Positions 1 to 9,364 of a stretch of 60,582 nt of DNA are shown piece by piece. Source of the DNA: a virus. Its lineage: Duplodnaviria; Caudoviricetes. The notes under the pieces are model-generated. The model ran no database searches. It saw nothing but the letters and a program-made list of their open reading frames with translations, and was not told the DNA's origin. A program made the position numbers and the translations under genes. The stretch's first letter is position 1, and every line of letters starts with the position of its first letter. The DNA lies in IMG/VR virus record IMGVR_UViG_3300047094_000624, positions 1-60,582 of that record; one strand, given 5' to 3'.

Positions 1-75
1 CTAAAGAACGTGCGCTTATGTTTACATTTGGGTTATTTTTTAAATAAGTCAATAATCCAAGTGCACTCAATGACA

Positions 76-669
76 TCATTTTTTAAGTTGGTCCTTAACG
101 TGAGTGACGACCATAGTTGCAAAAATTCTTGCTATTTCATCTAATGAAATGTAAAGAGAATCTAGTTCATCAATCTCTTCTTCTTCATCTTCGTCATCTT
201 CGTCTTCATCTTCTTCTACATTAAAATCTATGTGCTTTGGTACTTCCATAGATAGTTGTTCTTGAATAGGTGGTTGAGGTCTTTCTTCTACCTTTAAAGA
301 CCCTTTAGTATTAATTTGGATTAACCCATCAGTTAAATCAAAAGAAGGAACTCCAGCATCATTACATTCTGATAAAACGTTAAGACAATCTTCGTCTTCA
401 TCGTTCCATAGTAAAAACGCTGCTGCTTTTGAACCTTTAACTGTTTTTAAAGCTTCTTTAATAGCATTAGGTTTATTTATTACAACTACTTCTTTGTTTT
501 TATCTTTAGCTAATTGAGAAGCCCAAGTTTGACCTTCACTTGGATTTTTTTCATAAGGTAAAACTAAAACCCCACCATCACCTTCTGCATGGTAGTGGTC
601 TTCTAAAAGTACTTCGATATTTGTACGAGATGTTTTCCCGTTTCCTGCAACGATTACGTAGTAAGTCAT
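76..669 (-). CDS. hypothetical protein, Rossmann-like N-terminus and acidic tract (possibly SLOG/YspA-like)
   Basis: 197-aa ORF with SD GGAGG; starts YVIVAGNG; D/E run near the C-terminus. Confidence 0.55.
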   Translation of the reverse strand: MTYYVIVAGNGKTSRTNIEVLLEDHYHAEGDGGVLVLPYEKNPSEGQTWASQLAKDKNKEVVVINKPNAIKEALKTVKGSKAAAFLLWNDEDEDCLNVLSECNDAGVPSFDLTDGLIQINTKGSLKVEERPQPPIQEQLSMEVPKHIDFNVEEDEDEDDEDEEEEIDELDSLYISLDEIARIFATMVVTHVKDQLKK

Positions 670-699
670 TGGCCCTCCTAGACCAAGACTATATCAACC

Positions 700-963
700 T
701 CAGCGGTCTAGTCGAGTTGGTTGGGTAACGGCGGGTCTATAGGAGGTAATACTGTCAGCTAATACAACCAAGAAAGGGGATAAGAACCCACTAGCAACGG
801 TAGTAACTATAAACAAAGGTATAGAGGTAACCCCTGTTAAACCAACCCCTACTGCAGATAAAGCAAGAGCAGCAATAGCTCTATAAATCCTTAAATCAAT
901 TAGTTGTTCTATTACAGCTAAAAAGAAAGCTGCAAAGCAAGCAGATAATATTAGTTCTAACAT
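700..963 (-). CDS. small multi-pass membrane protein (holin-like candidate)
   Basis: About three hydrophobic segments in 87 aa; TACTAT-N6-ATG leaderless start. Confidence 0.55.
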   Translation of the reverse strand: MLELILSACFAAFFLAVIEQLIDLRIYRAIAALALSAVGVGLTGVTSIPLFIVTTVASGFLSPFLVVLADSITSYRPAVTQPTRLDR

Positions 964-978
964 ACTTCTATAGTACTA

Positions 979-3690
979 CTAGTCTGGTTGAGCAAAATAT
1001 AGGGCAAAAGTAGAACCAAGTAATATATTTTTACTTATTTCTCTTTTTAACCTATCCTCTACAGAAAATTTATTTTTATAAAAATGGCTTCTTGAGGCTT
1101 CTACAGCCCCTTCCCAAACTAAAGAAGTAGAATCTTCTTGACCGCTTCGAGACCCGTCAAAATAATCTAAAACAAATGAAGCTTTTTCAAACAAAGCATC
1201 TTCTAAATAAACTACTGCCCCTGGATTTGAAGGTGTCCAACTTACTTTTACAGATGCTTTTAATAAAGGAGATACGGTACCCTTTTCCCCAGTAACTGAC
1301 GTGCCCGTAGCTGGATTAGTTACAGTAAATTGTGTTGAAGAAGCTGATGCAACCACTACATCTTTTAAATTAAATGCGTTTGTTGAAAGACCTGTAATAC
1401 TTACAATTTGGCCAATTGAAAGTGAATTATTTGCAATATAGGTAATAACTCCTGCTGAAGCAGAAGCTGCAGTTACGCTTGATGCTAAAGATGGGGCAGT
1501 GTCAGTTACTGAAACTCTATACCAAATACCAACTGGAGAAGCGGTTCCACTAACTGTAGCTAAAGGTATATTTGTATTAGTTACAGCATAACTAACTGTG
1601 TTATTTAAAACAGAAGATATTTGCCAAGTTCCGTCATACGGAGAACCCAATCCATCAACTAAAATAAAAGATTTATCGTTACCAGCATAATTTAAAAAAT
1701 CGTATCCTTCATTTAAAGTTATAGTTGCTACGTTTCCACTTAAAACAGCTTGTGTAATATTGTATGTAGGTGGACATTGAGTTGGAAGTCCGTTAACTGT
1801 TGAAATTAGAGTATTTAAACTTGTATACCAGCTTATAGAAGCAGTAACTAATTCACTGGTTGTTTCTGGCTCTACGTAAACGCTAAAAGTATAATCATTA
1901 CCAGAAAGAACGTTAAAATAATCAGTAGTTGTTGTATGACCCACTACCGATACCAATGAAACACCAGAAGGGGTAACTTTTAAAGAATCTCCTGCGATGG
2001 AAACAAGTCCACTTGGAGATACAGCAGTGCTTGAAATGGGAGCGTTTACTTTAGCGTAAGAAACAGTTTTACCAATAGGGTTTGAAGCTGTAACAACATA
2101 AGACCCATCAAAAGGAGCCCCTACCCCAGAAACAACTATATTGTCATTAATAAATATAGGAAGATAAGAATCACTTACTGTTAAAGTAGCTGTATTAGAA
2201 CTTAATTCTTTGTTTACAACAACAAACTCTCTAATATCTACTCCTGGTTTTGAAGAGTCTAAAGTTAAAGCCGCATTTGTTGCAGCCCAAGGACTAGATG
2301 AAAGGGTAAAAGAAGGATTTGTAATTTCATTAATTCTATTAGCTTTAAGTGTTATATTAATTCTTCTTGCGTCTTCAAAAGCAGTTTTAGAAATTGCTTC
2401 TTCAAATTGAGCGGCATCAAAATAATGGACTTCACTAACTGCAGTATTACTAATATTTACAGCAACGCTTGCGTAATGCGCGTCTGTTGGAGCTATAGCT
2501 GTTGCAAAAGGTCTAAGGGTTGGGCTGTCCCAAGCTAAAGTAGCATTTGATACAGGAACTCCCTGTTGTAAAGTTCCTAAAGCAGCGCCAAATCTGTCGT
2601 AGAATTGGATACCAAGTCTTATATTTCTTGTGGTTGTACTAGCAGCACTAAAAATACTAAATGTGTATGTTTCACCTTCAGTTACTGGTATACCTTTAGT
2701 AATAGGATTATTAACACCACAAGTAAATGAAACAGACCCAGTTCCAGTTGATGTAAATCTAAGCATTCCGTTGTCACTACTTGGATATCCAACCGGGGCT
2801 GTTACTTCGTAAGGTTCTATTATTAAAGGGTCACCTACGTACCTTGTTAAAGTACCCCCAGAAGATATAGTCCAATTTCCTATAGATTCTTCAAAAGAAG
2901 AGTCGTTGTAATCAAGAAATAAATTTTTACCCTTTTCAACAATAGAGTCGTATCCACTAAAACTTTTTATAAAAGCTAGTAAACCATCATAAGTGCCTTT
3001 TTCTTTGTAAATATTAAATAAATTTCTTAATAAAACTCTTTGTTGCTTAAGACCTACCTCTGGCTCAAAACAACCACCAAATTGTTCTAACATTTGTGGA
3101 AGAAGTTGACCAGGTAAAGAATCTATTTTATATAAATCTAAAAAGTTTAATGCATAAGTTTTTTCAATATCATATTCAAAACCAAATATTTTTAAAAAGT
3201 TTTTTAAAAATAAATTGTCAGCCTCTGATAAAACATCTCCAGTTAAAGAATTTACTTTATAAGAATCAGGTAAATAATTATATAAATCATTAGAAGTATT
3301 AAAGTCTTTAACAGAAATACCTACAGCGTTAGCTGCTCTTAACCATGTAAAATTAATGTTTTCTCTTACAAATACACTGTAATAGTAAAACTTACCTTCA
3401 GTTAAAAATTGCACTTCTCCATCTATAATATCTCCAGCGTCTATATATTCAGTAGGAGCTGAGTTAACAAAAGAATCAACTAAAATAATTCCATCAGCTG
3501 CACTAGTTGGAAACCCATATGAATTTCTAATTACCCTGAGTTGAGACCAGTTACCAGTAGGATTAGTCCATGACAAAGAGATACGACCATACCCAGAAGG
3601 AAAGGCTGTAAAAGGATAGGCGTTAAAGTCACTTACTGTAAATGGACCGTAAAAACCTATACCGTAATAATCTCGACCGTATTTTGCCAT
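979..3690 (-). CDS. baseplate wedge/tail protein (P2 gpI-like) with CBM-like domains and inserted FCCH-like repeats
   Basis: Downstream of baseplate J; RVLLRNLFNIYKEKGT gpI-like motif; two CBM-like domains (SFEE..W ... YFDAAQFEE). Confidence 0.75.
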   Translation of the reverse strand: MAKYGRDYYGIGFYGPFTVSDFNAYPFTAFPSGYGRISLSWTNPTGNWSQLRVIRNSYGFPTSAADGIILVDSFVNSAPTEYIDAGDIIDGEVQFLTEGKFYYYSVFVRENINFTWLRAANAVGISVKDFNTSNDLYNYLPDSYKVNSLTGDVLSEADNLFLKNFLKIFGFEYDIEKTYALNFLDLYKIDSLPGQLLPQMLEQFGGCFEPEVGLKQQRVLLRNLFNIYKEKGTYDGLLAFIKSFSGYDSIVEKGKNLFLDYNDSSFEESIGNWTISSGGTLTRYVGDPLIIEPYEVTAPVGYPSSDNGMLRFTSTGTGSVSFTCGVNNPITKGIPVTEGETYTFSIFSAASTTTRNIRLGIQFYDRFGAALGTLQQGVPVSNATLAWDSPTLRPFATAIAPTDAHYASVAVNISNTAVSEVHYFDAAQFEEAISKTAFEDARRINITLKANRINEITNPSFTLSSSPWAATNAALTLDSSKPGVDIREFVVVNKELSSNTATLTVSDSYLPIFINDNIVVSGVGAPFDGSYVVTASNPIGKTVSYAKVNAPISSTAVSPSGLVSIAGDSLKVTPSGVSLVSVVGHTTTTDYFNVLSGNDYTFSVYVEPETTSELVTASISWYTSLNTLISTVNGLPTQCPPTYNITQAVLSGNVATITLNEGYDFLNYAGNDKSFILVDGLGSPYDGTWQISSVLNNTVSYAVTNTNIPLATVSGTASPVGIWYRVSVTDTAPSLASSVTAASASAGVITYIANNSLSIGQIVSITGLSTNAFNLKDVVVASASSTQFTVTNPATGTSVTGEKGTVSPLLKASVKVSWTPSNPGAVVYLEDALFEKASFVLDYFDGSRSGQEDSTSLVWEGAVEASRSHFYKNKFSVEDRLKREISKNILLGSTFALYFAQPD

Positions 3691-3698
3691 CGTTTACC

Positions 3699-4187
3699 TT
3701 AGAATACGCCAGATATAACTAAACCGTATAACTCTTGAACGTCTGTTGAAGTTGCAGCAACACCTGTGGTTGTATTTAAATTACCGTTTGCATCAATCCA
3801 AGTTCTAACCGAATTTGAGCTGTTTCTCCATTCTTGAAGATTAGCAGATTGTCCAGCAGCTGCTCTAACATTTAATCCAACTACGTTTGTAGCAGAAGGA
3901 AGTATTGTGTCTCCTCCTACTTTATGAACGTATTGATTATGTGAGTCTGCAATCACACCAGTTTCAATATTTGCAAGTCTTGCATTTAATGTTCCATAGT
4001 TTTGAGATGCTGTATTAAATGTTCCACTTGAAGAGGGGGAAGTTGAAGTTGCAATATTTGTTCCTAAATTTGTTTGAATTGCAACTACTTCATCTTGAAG
4101 TGAGTTTACGTGAGAGGAATCTACAATTTCAGTAAAATTACTTTTTGTTTGAAATGATTTTATAGCTCCTGGGTAGGTTGCGGCCAT
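3699..4187 (-). CDS. virion structural protein (fibre/baseplate associated)
   Basis: SHVNSLQDEVVAIQTNLG coil motif typical of fibre anchors; position in the baseplate operon. Confidence 0.55.
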   Translation of the reverse strand: MAATYPGAIKSFQTKSNFTEIVDSSHVNSLQDEVVAIQTNLGTNIATSTSPSSSGTFNTASQNYGTLNARLANIETGVIADSHNQYVHKVGGDTILPSATNVVGLNVRAAAGQSANLQEWRNSSNSVRTWIDANGNLNTTTGVAATSTDVQELYGLVISGVF

Positions 4188-4198
4188 GTTTTCTCCTT

Positions 4199-5899
4199 TT
4201 AGGCTATTCCACCGGATGGTGTGATTGTTAAGGTTCCTGCTTGAGGTATTTCATTGTCAGAACATATGATGTCTACCACTGCTTCTATTGTTCCTGTAAG
4301 TCCTGTTAAAGCTAAAAGAGTAGTTGTAGTTCCAGTAACTGTAAATGTAGTTGATGTTGGAGCTGATGCAATAGAATAATTTCCATTTACAGTAGCGTCT
4401 ACGCTATCTATGGTCACTCTATTTCCTGCAACATAATTATGAGGTTTTAAAGTAGTAAGAGTAATAGTTGGTGAACCAGAAGCTCGAGCTGCTGCCGTAA
4501 TAGCGTTGTCTCTATCTAATAAAGTTATAGTTGAGTAAGCCACACCAGATACTGTTGATACTTCTGTTAACAAATCTTGTAAAGTTATTCTATCTTTAAA
4601 GTTAACATTATCAAAAGCAAGAAAATTACTTAATACAGCTTGAACCGCATTTGTAACGGTACTTTGTCTGTATTGGTCTAGAACTTGAACGTCAATTTCT
4701 ATGTTTACATCTACATATGAAGGAGGTTGTAAAGTTAACGTTGTAGTAGGAGGCATTTTATCTGCAAAAAATGTTTGAACTGTAGGTTGTAGATTAGTAA
4801 ACACTAATGTAGGCGTAACATTATCATCTTCAACACCAGGGTCACCAGACGGTGCGTAATACAAAGTTATGCTGTTATAAGTATTAGCAATTGCATTTGC
4901 TTTTGCTACTCCTAAAATTTGGACGGCTAAAGACGCGTAGTCTTCTAAAGTAACCGCTCTGTTTAATGACCTAATACTGATTGGAGTATTTAATCTTACT
5001 GAATCAGTAGATTCTGAATCAGAACCTCCTGAAGCGGGGTCTTCATTGTTTACCTGAAGACCTACTTGATAGTTAGTTACTATCTCAGTTAATGTATTTT
5101 CTGCAACGTTTCCAGCATCTCCAGCACCAACTCTGTAAGTTGCTTCTATAGTTCCATTTCTTGGGGGAATGCGTCCACCAACGTTATCTCCAAAAATAAC
5201 ATAAGTTCTATCTTCACCATCTACATCAATTGTATAAACAGGGTCATTTCCTGAGTAATCTACTAAATAATCAACAAATGTATAAACTACGTTATCAACT
5301 GTGATTTCAATGCTATCTTTAATAACAGGATAATCAGCTAAAAGAAAAATTTGGTCTGCTAGACCACTTGAAATTCCAAGTGCGTCTATACCAGTTTCTT
5401 CGACTGTGTATCCCTGAGTAGCAACAACCGTAACTACAGCGCCAGCTGTTAGCCCACCATCTCCAGAAGCTGGAACAGTTATTGCTGAGTTTGTTTCAAA
5501 TATAATTTCAACATTTTCTCCACTAACAATGCTTGTAGTAGATACTTGAGTTCCGGCAGGAACAACTTGTGAAGAAGTAGCAAAAGTACTAAAAGATAAA
5601 GTAACTGTTGCTGGAGTGCTAGGTGTAGGAGTGTATCCTAATAATCTAGCCATTCTAAGAACGCTGTCTCTTTGACTTGCGGTTAATATAAACGATTCAT
5701 TAGCTGCTCTATCTATATAAAAGCTCATAATGTCGCCCATATAGGCAAACAATTCAATTAAAGTAATACCAAAATCAGAAGCGTCTCTATTTTTCCATTC
5801 AGGTAAAAAGTATTGAATTAGAGATATCATGTCATCTCTAATAGCCTCAAAGTCTCTAGATGTGTAATCTATTTGAGGTATTACATTTGGTTCAGCCAT
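4199..5899 (-). CDS. baseplate J-like wedge protein (T4 gp6-like)
   Basis: IDYTSRDF, DFGITLIELFAY, YRVGAG, RAVTLEDY motifs. Confidence 0.92.
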   Translation of the reverse strand: MAEPNVIPQIDYTSRDFEAIRDDMISLIQYFLPEWKNRDASDFGITLIELFAYMGDIMSFYIDRAANESFILTASQRDSVLRMARLLGYTPTPSTPATVTLSFSTFATSSQVVPAGTQVSTTSIVSGENVEIIFETNSAITVPASGDGGLTAGAVVTVVATQGYTVEETGIDALGISSGLADQIFLLADYPVIKDSIEITVDNVVYTFVDYLVDYSGNDPVYTIDVDGEDRTYVIFGDNVGGRIPPRNGTIEATYRVGAGDAGNVAENTLTEIVTNYQVGLQVNNEDPASGGSDSESTDSVRLNTPISIRSLNRAVTLEDYASLAVQILGVAKANAIANTYNSITLYYAPSGDPGVEDDNVTPTLVFTNLQPTVQTFFADKMPPTTTLTLQPPSYVDVNIEIDVQVLDQYRQSTVTNAVQAVLSNFLAFDNVNFKDRITLQDLLTEVSTVSGVAYSTITLLDRDNAITAAARASGSPTITLTTLKPHNYVAGNRVTIDSVDATVNGNYSIASAPTSTTFTVTGTTTTLLALTGLTGTIEAVVDIICSDNEIPQAGTLTITPSGGIA

Positions 5900-6303
5900 T
5901 AGTTATTCCCTTCAAGCAAATCTCCGGACCTAGTAAAGGTACCTGTATTTATATTTATTTCGTCTGTTGTTTCATTTGGAAGCTTATAGTTTATTGTAAT
6001 GTTTAAATGCATTGTATTTAAATCCAGTTCTATATATAAATCTTGTAAAACCAAAGAAGGAAGCCATTGAGAAAATGCTTCTCTAACTGTAGCATCTACT
6101 ATAGGTATTGCAATCGCTTCATTTTCAAAAATAGCAGTTTTTACTTGAGTTCCATAATTAGACCTCATTACCCTTTCATTAAGACCGGTCATTACAGCTA
6201 AAAATACTCTATCTTTATATATTTTATTTTGATTAGTTGTAAAAGATATGCCATAAGACTCACTTAAAGAAAAAGGTAAAGATATAGCTCTTTGAGTAGC
6301 CAT
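5899..6303 (-). CDS. baseplate wedge subunit, GPW/gp25 family
   Basis: ERVMRSNYGT motif; start moved to the ATG at 6303 (TAATG overlap). Confidence 0.88.
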   Translation of the reverse strand: MATQRAISLPFSLSESYGISFTTNQNKIYKDRVFLAVMTGLNERVMRSNYGTQVKTAIFENEAIAIPIVDATVREAFSQWLPSLVLQDLYIELDLNTMHLNITINYKLPNETTDEININTGTFTRSGDLLEGNN

Positions 6304-6689
6304 TAGAACACTCCCATCCAAACTGGAAAATTAGGGTCTCCGCCTTCAAACATAACCCATACCCCATCATTAAGTTTAGGGGTTTTATAGTGAACTGTGT
6401 GTTGGGAAGAGCCTGTATCTCTAGGGTCTGACGCAGAGGCTCTAGTAACTGTTGCTGAATGGCTATGAGAAGGGGTGCCACCAGAACCGATAGTCACTAC
6501 GTGATTTAGATGAGTTTGGTAAGCAGACGCAGGAAGACAAGGCCATGCCCAGTCAGTAACTTGTTCTCCAAGAATTTGAGGTACTTTTACTCTAATTCTG
6601 CTTTTAGAAATAGGGTCTTTAACGTCTAAACAAATACCTCTATAGATACCATAAAATTTTTTATCTACCTCTCCGCCTAACAACAGCAC
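6303..6689 (-). CDS. baseplate spike protein, Gp5 N-terminal OB / gpV-like
   Basis: FYGIYRG..DP..RIRVKVP and VWVMFEGGDPNFPVWMG motifs. Confidence 0.88.
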   Translation of the reverse strand: MLLLGGEVDKKFYGIYRGICLDVKDPISKSRIRVKVPQILGEQVTDWAWPCLPASAYQTHLNHVVTIGSGGTPSHSHSATVTRASASDPRDTGSSQHTVHYKTPKLNDGVWVMFEGGDPNFPVWMGVF

Positions 6690-8038
6690 AACCTCCGTCT
6701 AAGTCTTTGAGCAACAAAAATACTTCTATTACTTGGTTTATTTTGCCTTAGTCTAACATCTGCTATATCGCTTTCCCAATATGAGTACGATTCATTTCTA
6801 GCCCGTGTTTTAGCTCTATTAAAATTTTTTCCTTTTATAAAAATTGAAGAGGATTCATTTTGTGTTGGTAATAATTTAGTTTTTAATCTTGGTGTAGGTT
6901 TGGTAGGTATTTGTCTAATATTTGGTTCTACATATACCTTGTTTTCGTTTTCAGGATAAGGATACTCATTTTGTGACGTAATAGTAGCTGGGCCAAGAGA
7001 ATCTATTCCAACTTCTATATTAGTTGTAAATTTTGTTTCTGTTAAACCTATGTAGTGAATAATATGTTCTACTGAAAGTAATATCCAATAACCACTATAT
7101 TCAGTTCCTATTCCATTTAAATATATTGGCATTCCTGGCATTAAATTAGGAGAGCCTACAACTCCACCATGAGCTCTATAAGGAAACTTAACCATCTCAC
7201 TAAAAGCATCAGAATGAGATTTAGCAATGTCCATACCAGGAACTACAGTGTTTACATCAAAGCTATCAAATAAAGGAGGTTTTGTTATTTTACGTTTACC
7301 TGATTTTAATTTTTGTTTGCTGTAAGAATTAGATTTTTTAGTAATTGGATTAACTCCATTAAAAGATTGAGCACTTTTAGTTGCTTCAGGAAAAGGGATA
7401 CTTTCACCAACAATTGGAGTAAAGTTATATAAATCAGAGCCCTGTATACCAGAATTGTATGTAGCTAAATTTTGTAAAATATAAGATGGAGCATGGTTTT
7501 TGTATTTTTTATAATACTCATCTATAGGTTTAAAAATTAAAACTGTACCGTCTACTCTAAATAAATAACCACATTTTTTAGCACATTTAACTAAAAATTC
7601 CCAATCACTTTCTCCGTGTTGAGATAGTTGAGGAAACACTCTTTTATGAGGAGTTATATCAAAAGCAAATTTATATTTTTTAGCTATAGTTTTTGCTATT
7701 TGAGACATTGTTACTTTTTTCCAAACTTTTTGAGATTTTTGTTTCATTCTGTATGAAGCGCCAATAAAAGTAACTTCTATAAATCTTTTTTCAGTATCCA
7801 TTACTTTTTTAACATGATGAACAAATCCTGTATAAGAATCTGTTCCTCTAATACTGTTTAAAGTTATTGTCATTGGTGTTCCAGGGGGTATTACTTTTTC
7901 AGATAAATCCCAATTTCTAAAAACAACGGTTCCCATGTCATGTTTATATCTATCTTGTTTTATTTTTGCAGAATAAACTATTGGACGTTTTTTTAATTTT
8001 CTTGTAGGAAACGAAACAGATATTGTTTTGTAAGACAT
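6677..8038 (-). CDS. baseplate hub protein (late control gpD / VgrG-N-like)
   Basis: Q.GESDWEFL..A...GY motif; synteny between LysM and spike genes. Confidence 0.8.
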   Translation of the reverse strand: MSYKTISVSFPTRKLKKRPIVYSAKIKQDRYKHDMGTVVFRNWDLSEKVIPPGTPMTITLNSIRGTDSYTGFVHHVKKVMDTEKRFIEVTFIGASYRMKQKSQKVWKKVTMSQIAKTIAKKYKFAFDITPHKRVFPQLSQHGESDWEFLVKCAKKCGYLFRVDGTVLIFKPIDEYYKKYKNHAPSYILQNLATYNSGIQGSDLYNFTPIVGESIPFPEATKSAQSFNGVNPITKKSNSYSKQKLKSGKRKITKPPLFDSFDVNTVVPGMDIAKSHSDAFSEMVKFPYRAHGGVVGSPNLMPGMPIYLNGIGTEYSGYWILLSVEHIIHYIGLTETKFTTNIEVGIDSLGPATITSQNEYPYPENENKVYVEPNIRQIPTKPTPRLKTKLLPTQNESSSIFIKGKNFNRAKTRARNESYSYWESDIADVRLRQNKPSNRSIFVAQRLRRRLCCC

Positions 8039-8039
8039 A

Positions 8040-8324
8040 CTAATCTGCTATAATTTCTATTTTTAAAATAGTTCCTATTGGAATATTATTTGGGTCTTTT
8101 ATTTGTGGATTTTTATTTAATATAAACCACCAAGCACTTGAGTCTTCATAAAACCTTTCAGCTATTGAATCAAGCCTATCTCCTTTTACCCAAGCGTATT
8201 CAAAATAATTAATAGTTCCTATATCAGGGGTTGGGTAAAATAAAACTGGATGCACATCTGCATTTTTATCTAATGCAAAATAATCAATTATTGAATACTC
8301 ATATCTAGAATTTCTATTTATCAC
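8040..8324 (-). CDS. LysM/tail-X baseplate protein
   Basis: GDRLDSIAERFY..AWW.I...NP..DP..IPIGT.LKI. Confidence 0.85.
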   Translation of the reverse strand: MINRNSRYEYSIIDYFALDKNADVHPVLFYPTPDIGTINYFEYAWVKGDRLDSIAERFYEDSSAWWFILNKNPQIKDPNNIPIGTILKIEIIAD

Positions 8325-9364
8325 CTATCACCACCTGGCCCCGCTCCTCTTTTTGGAGCTGTAAAAAGAGGACTAGGTTGGCCACCAACATTTTGAGATT
8401 CATTTGCATCTTGATTACCAAATCCATAAGCACTCAAAACTTGCAAATTAATATCAACAGTTGATTGAATTGGAATCATATCTTGAGTAAACATTAAATG
8501 AGTTATAGATAAAGATTGAATTATTCCAACTTGAGTATATGGACCAATATCAACCCTTACTAATGTTGGAATAATAATTCCAATATCAGAAGTGCTTTGA
8601 TTTGCAGAGTTTAATAAATTATCTCCATTTATTGTTTTGTATAAAAACTCTATGTCAGCTAGTGTCCCTCTTTTTTTCAAATCAGCAATTAAAGCAGCGT
8701 AATTTGGATTGCCAAGACCAGCAGTAGGGCCATAGTATTGAGACAGATTTGAAGAAGAATTAGATTTAAAACAAGCAAAATCATTAATTCTATTTAATTG
8801 TAATTGAAATTGAACGGTACCAGTTCCTTGAAATAAATTTAAAAAAGCTAAAGCATCAGTAGCGGCTGGAACAACGTTTTGCGAAACACCAGTAGAAGCT
8901 TGATAAGCAGTAGGATTCCACATAAATTGAAATCCATAATTTTCTTTTCTCCTAGCAGCATCTTTAGGAGCGTTTTGAATATTTTCATTTCTAGTATCCC
9001 AAGCTTCTTTTACTCCTAAAACACTTTCTCCAAGTCCTAGTATTCCTGACGGAGTAACTGCATTTTTTGCTACATTTCCTACAGAATTCCATACACCGTT
9101 CCATGATTTAAGTTTATTTACAAATCCTGAGTCGCTATTATCAACTAAAGAAGCTAACGTAGCATATCTCCAAATTTTTCCTCTTCTACTGTAACTAAGA
9201 GTAGAAGAACCACTATTTATTACACCAGTTCTAGTTTTTCCAGGTAATCTTTCATGTTCAGCTGCTGATACAGGCAAGCTCCAGCTATGTGGAGGTAAAT
9301 TAAATTTATACCCAGAAGGCCAAGATAACCCAGATTTTTTAACAGATTCTTTAGGATTAACCAT
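8321..9364 (-). CDS. tail tube initiator-like protein
   Basis: FQFMWNP motif and FTQDMIP; located between tape measure and LysM genes. Confidence 0.65.
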   Translation of the reverse strand: MVNPKESVKKSGLSWPSGYKFNLPPHSWSLPVSAAEHERLPGKTRTGVINSGSSTLSYSRRGKIWRYATLASLVDNSDSGFVNKLKSWNGVWNSVGNVAKNAVTPSGILGLGESVLGVKEAWDTRNENIQNAPKDAARRKENYGFQFMWNPTAYQASTGVSQNVVPAATDALAFLNLFQGTGTVQFQLQLNRINDFACFKSNSSSNLSQYYGPTAGLGNPNYAALIADLKKRGTLADIEFLYKTINGDNLLNSANQSTSDIGIIIPTLVRVDIGPYTQVGIIQSLSITHLMFTQDMIPIQSTVDINLQVLSAYGFGNQDANESQNVGGQPSPLFTAPKRGAGPGGDR

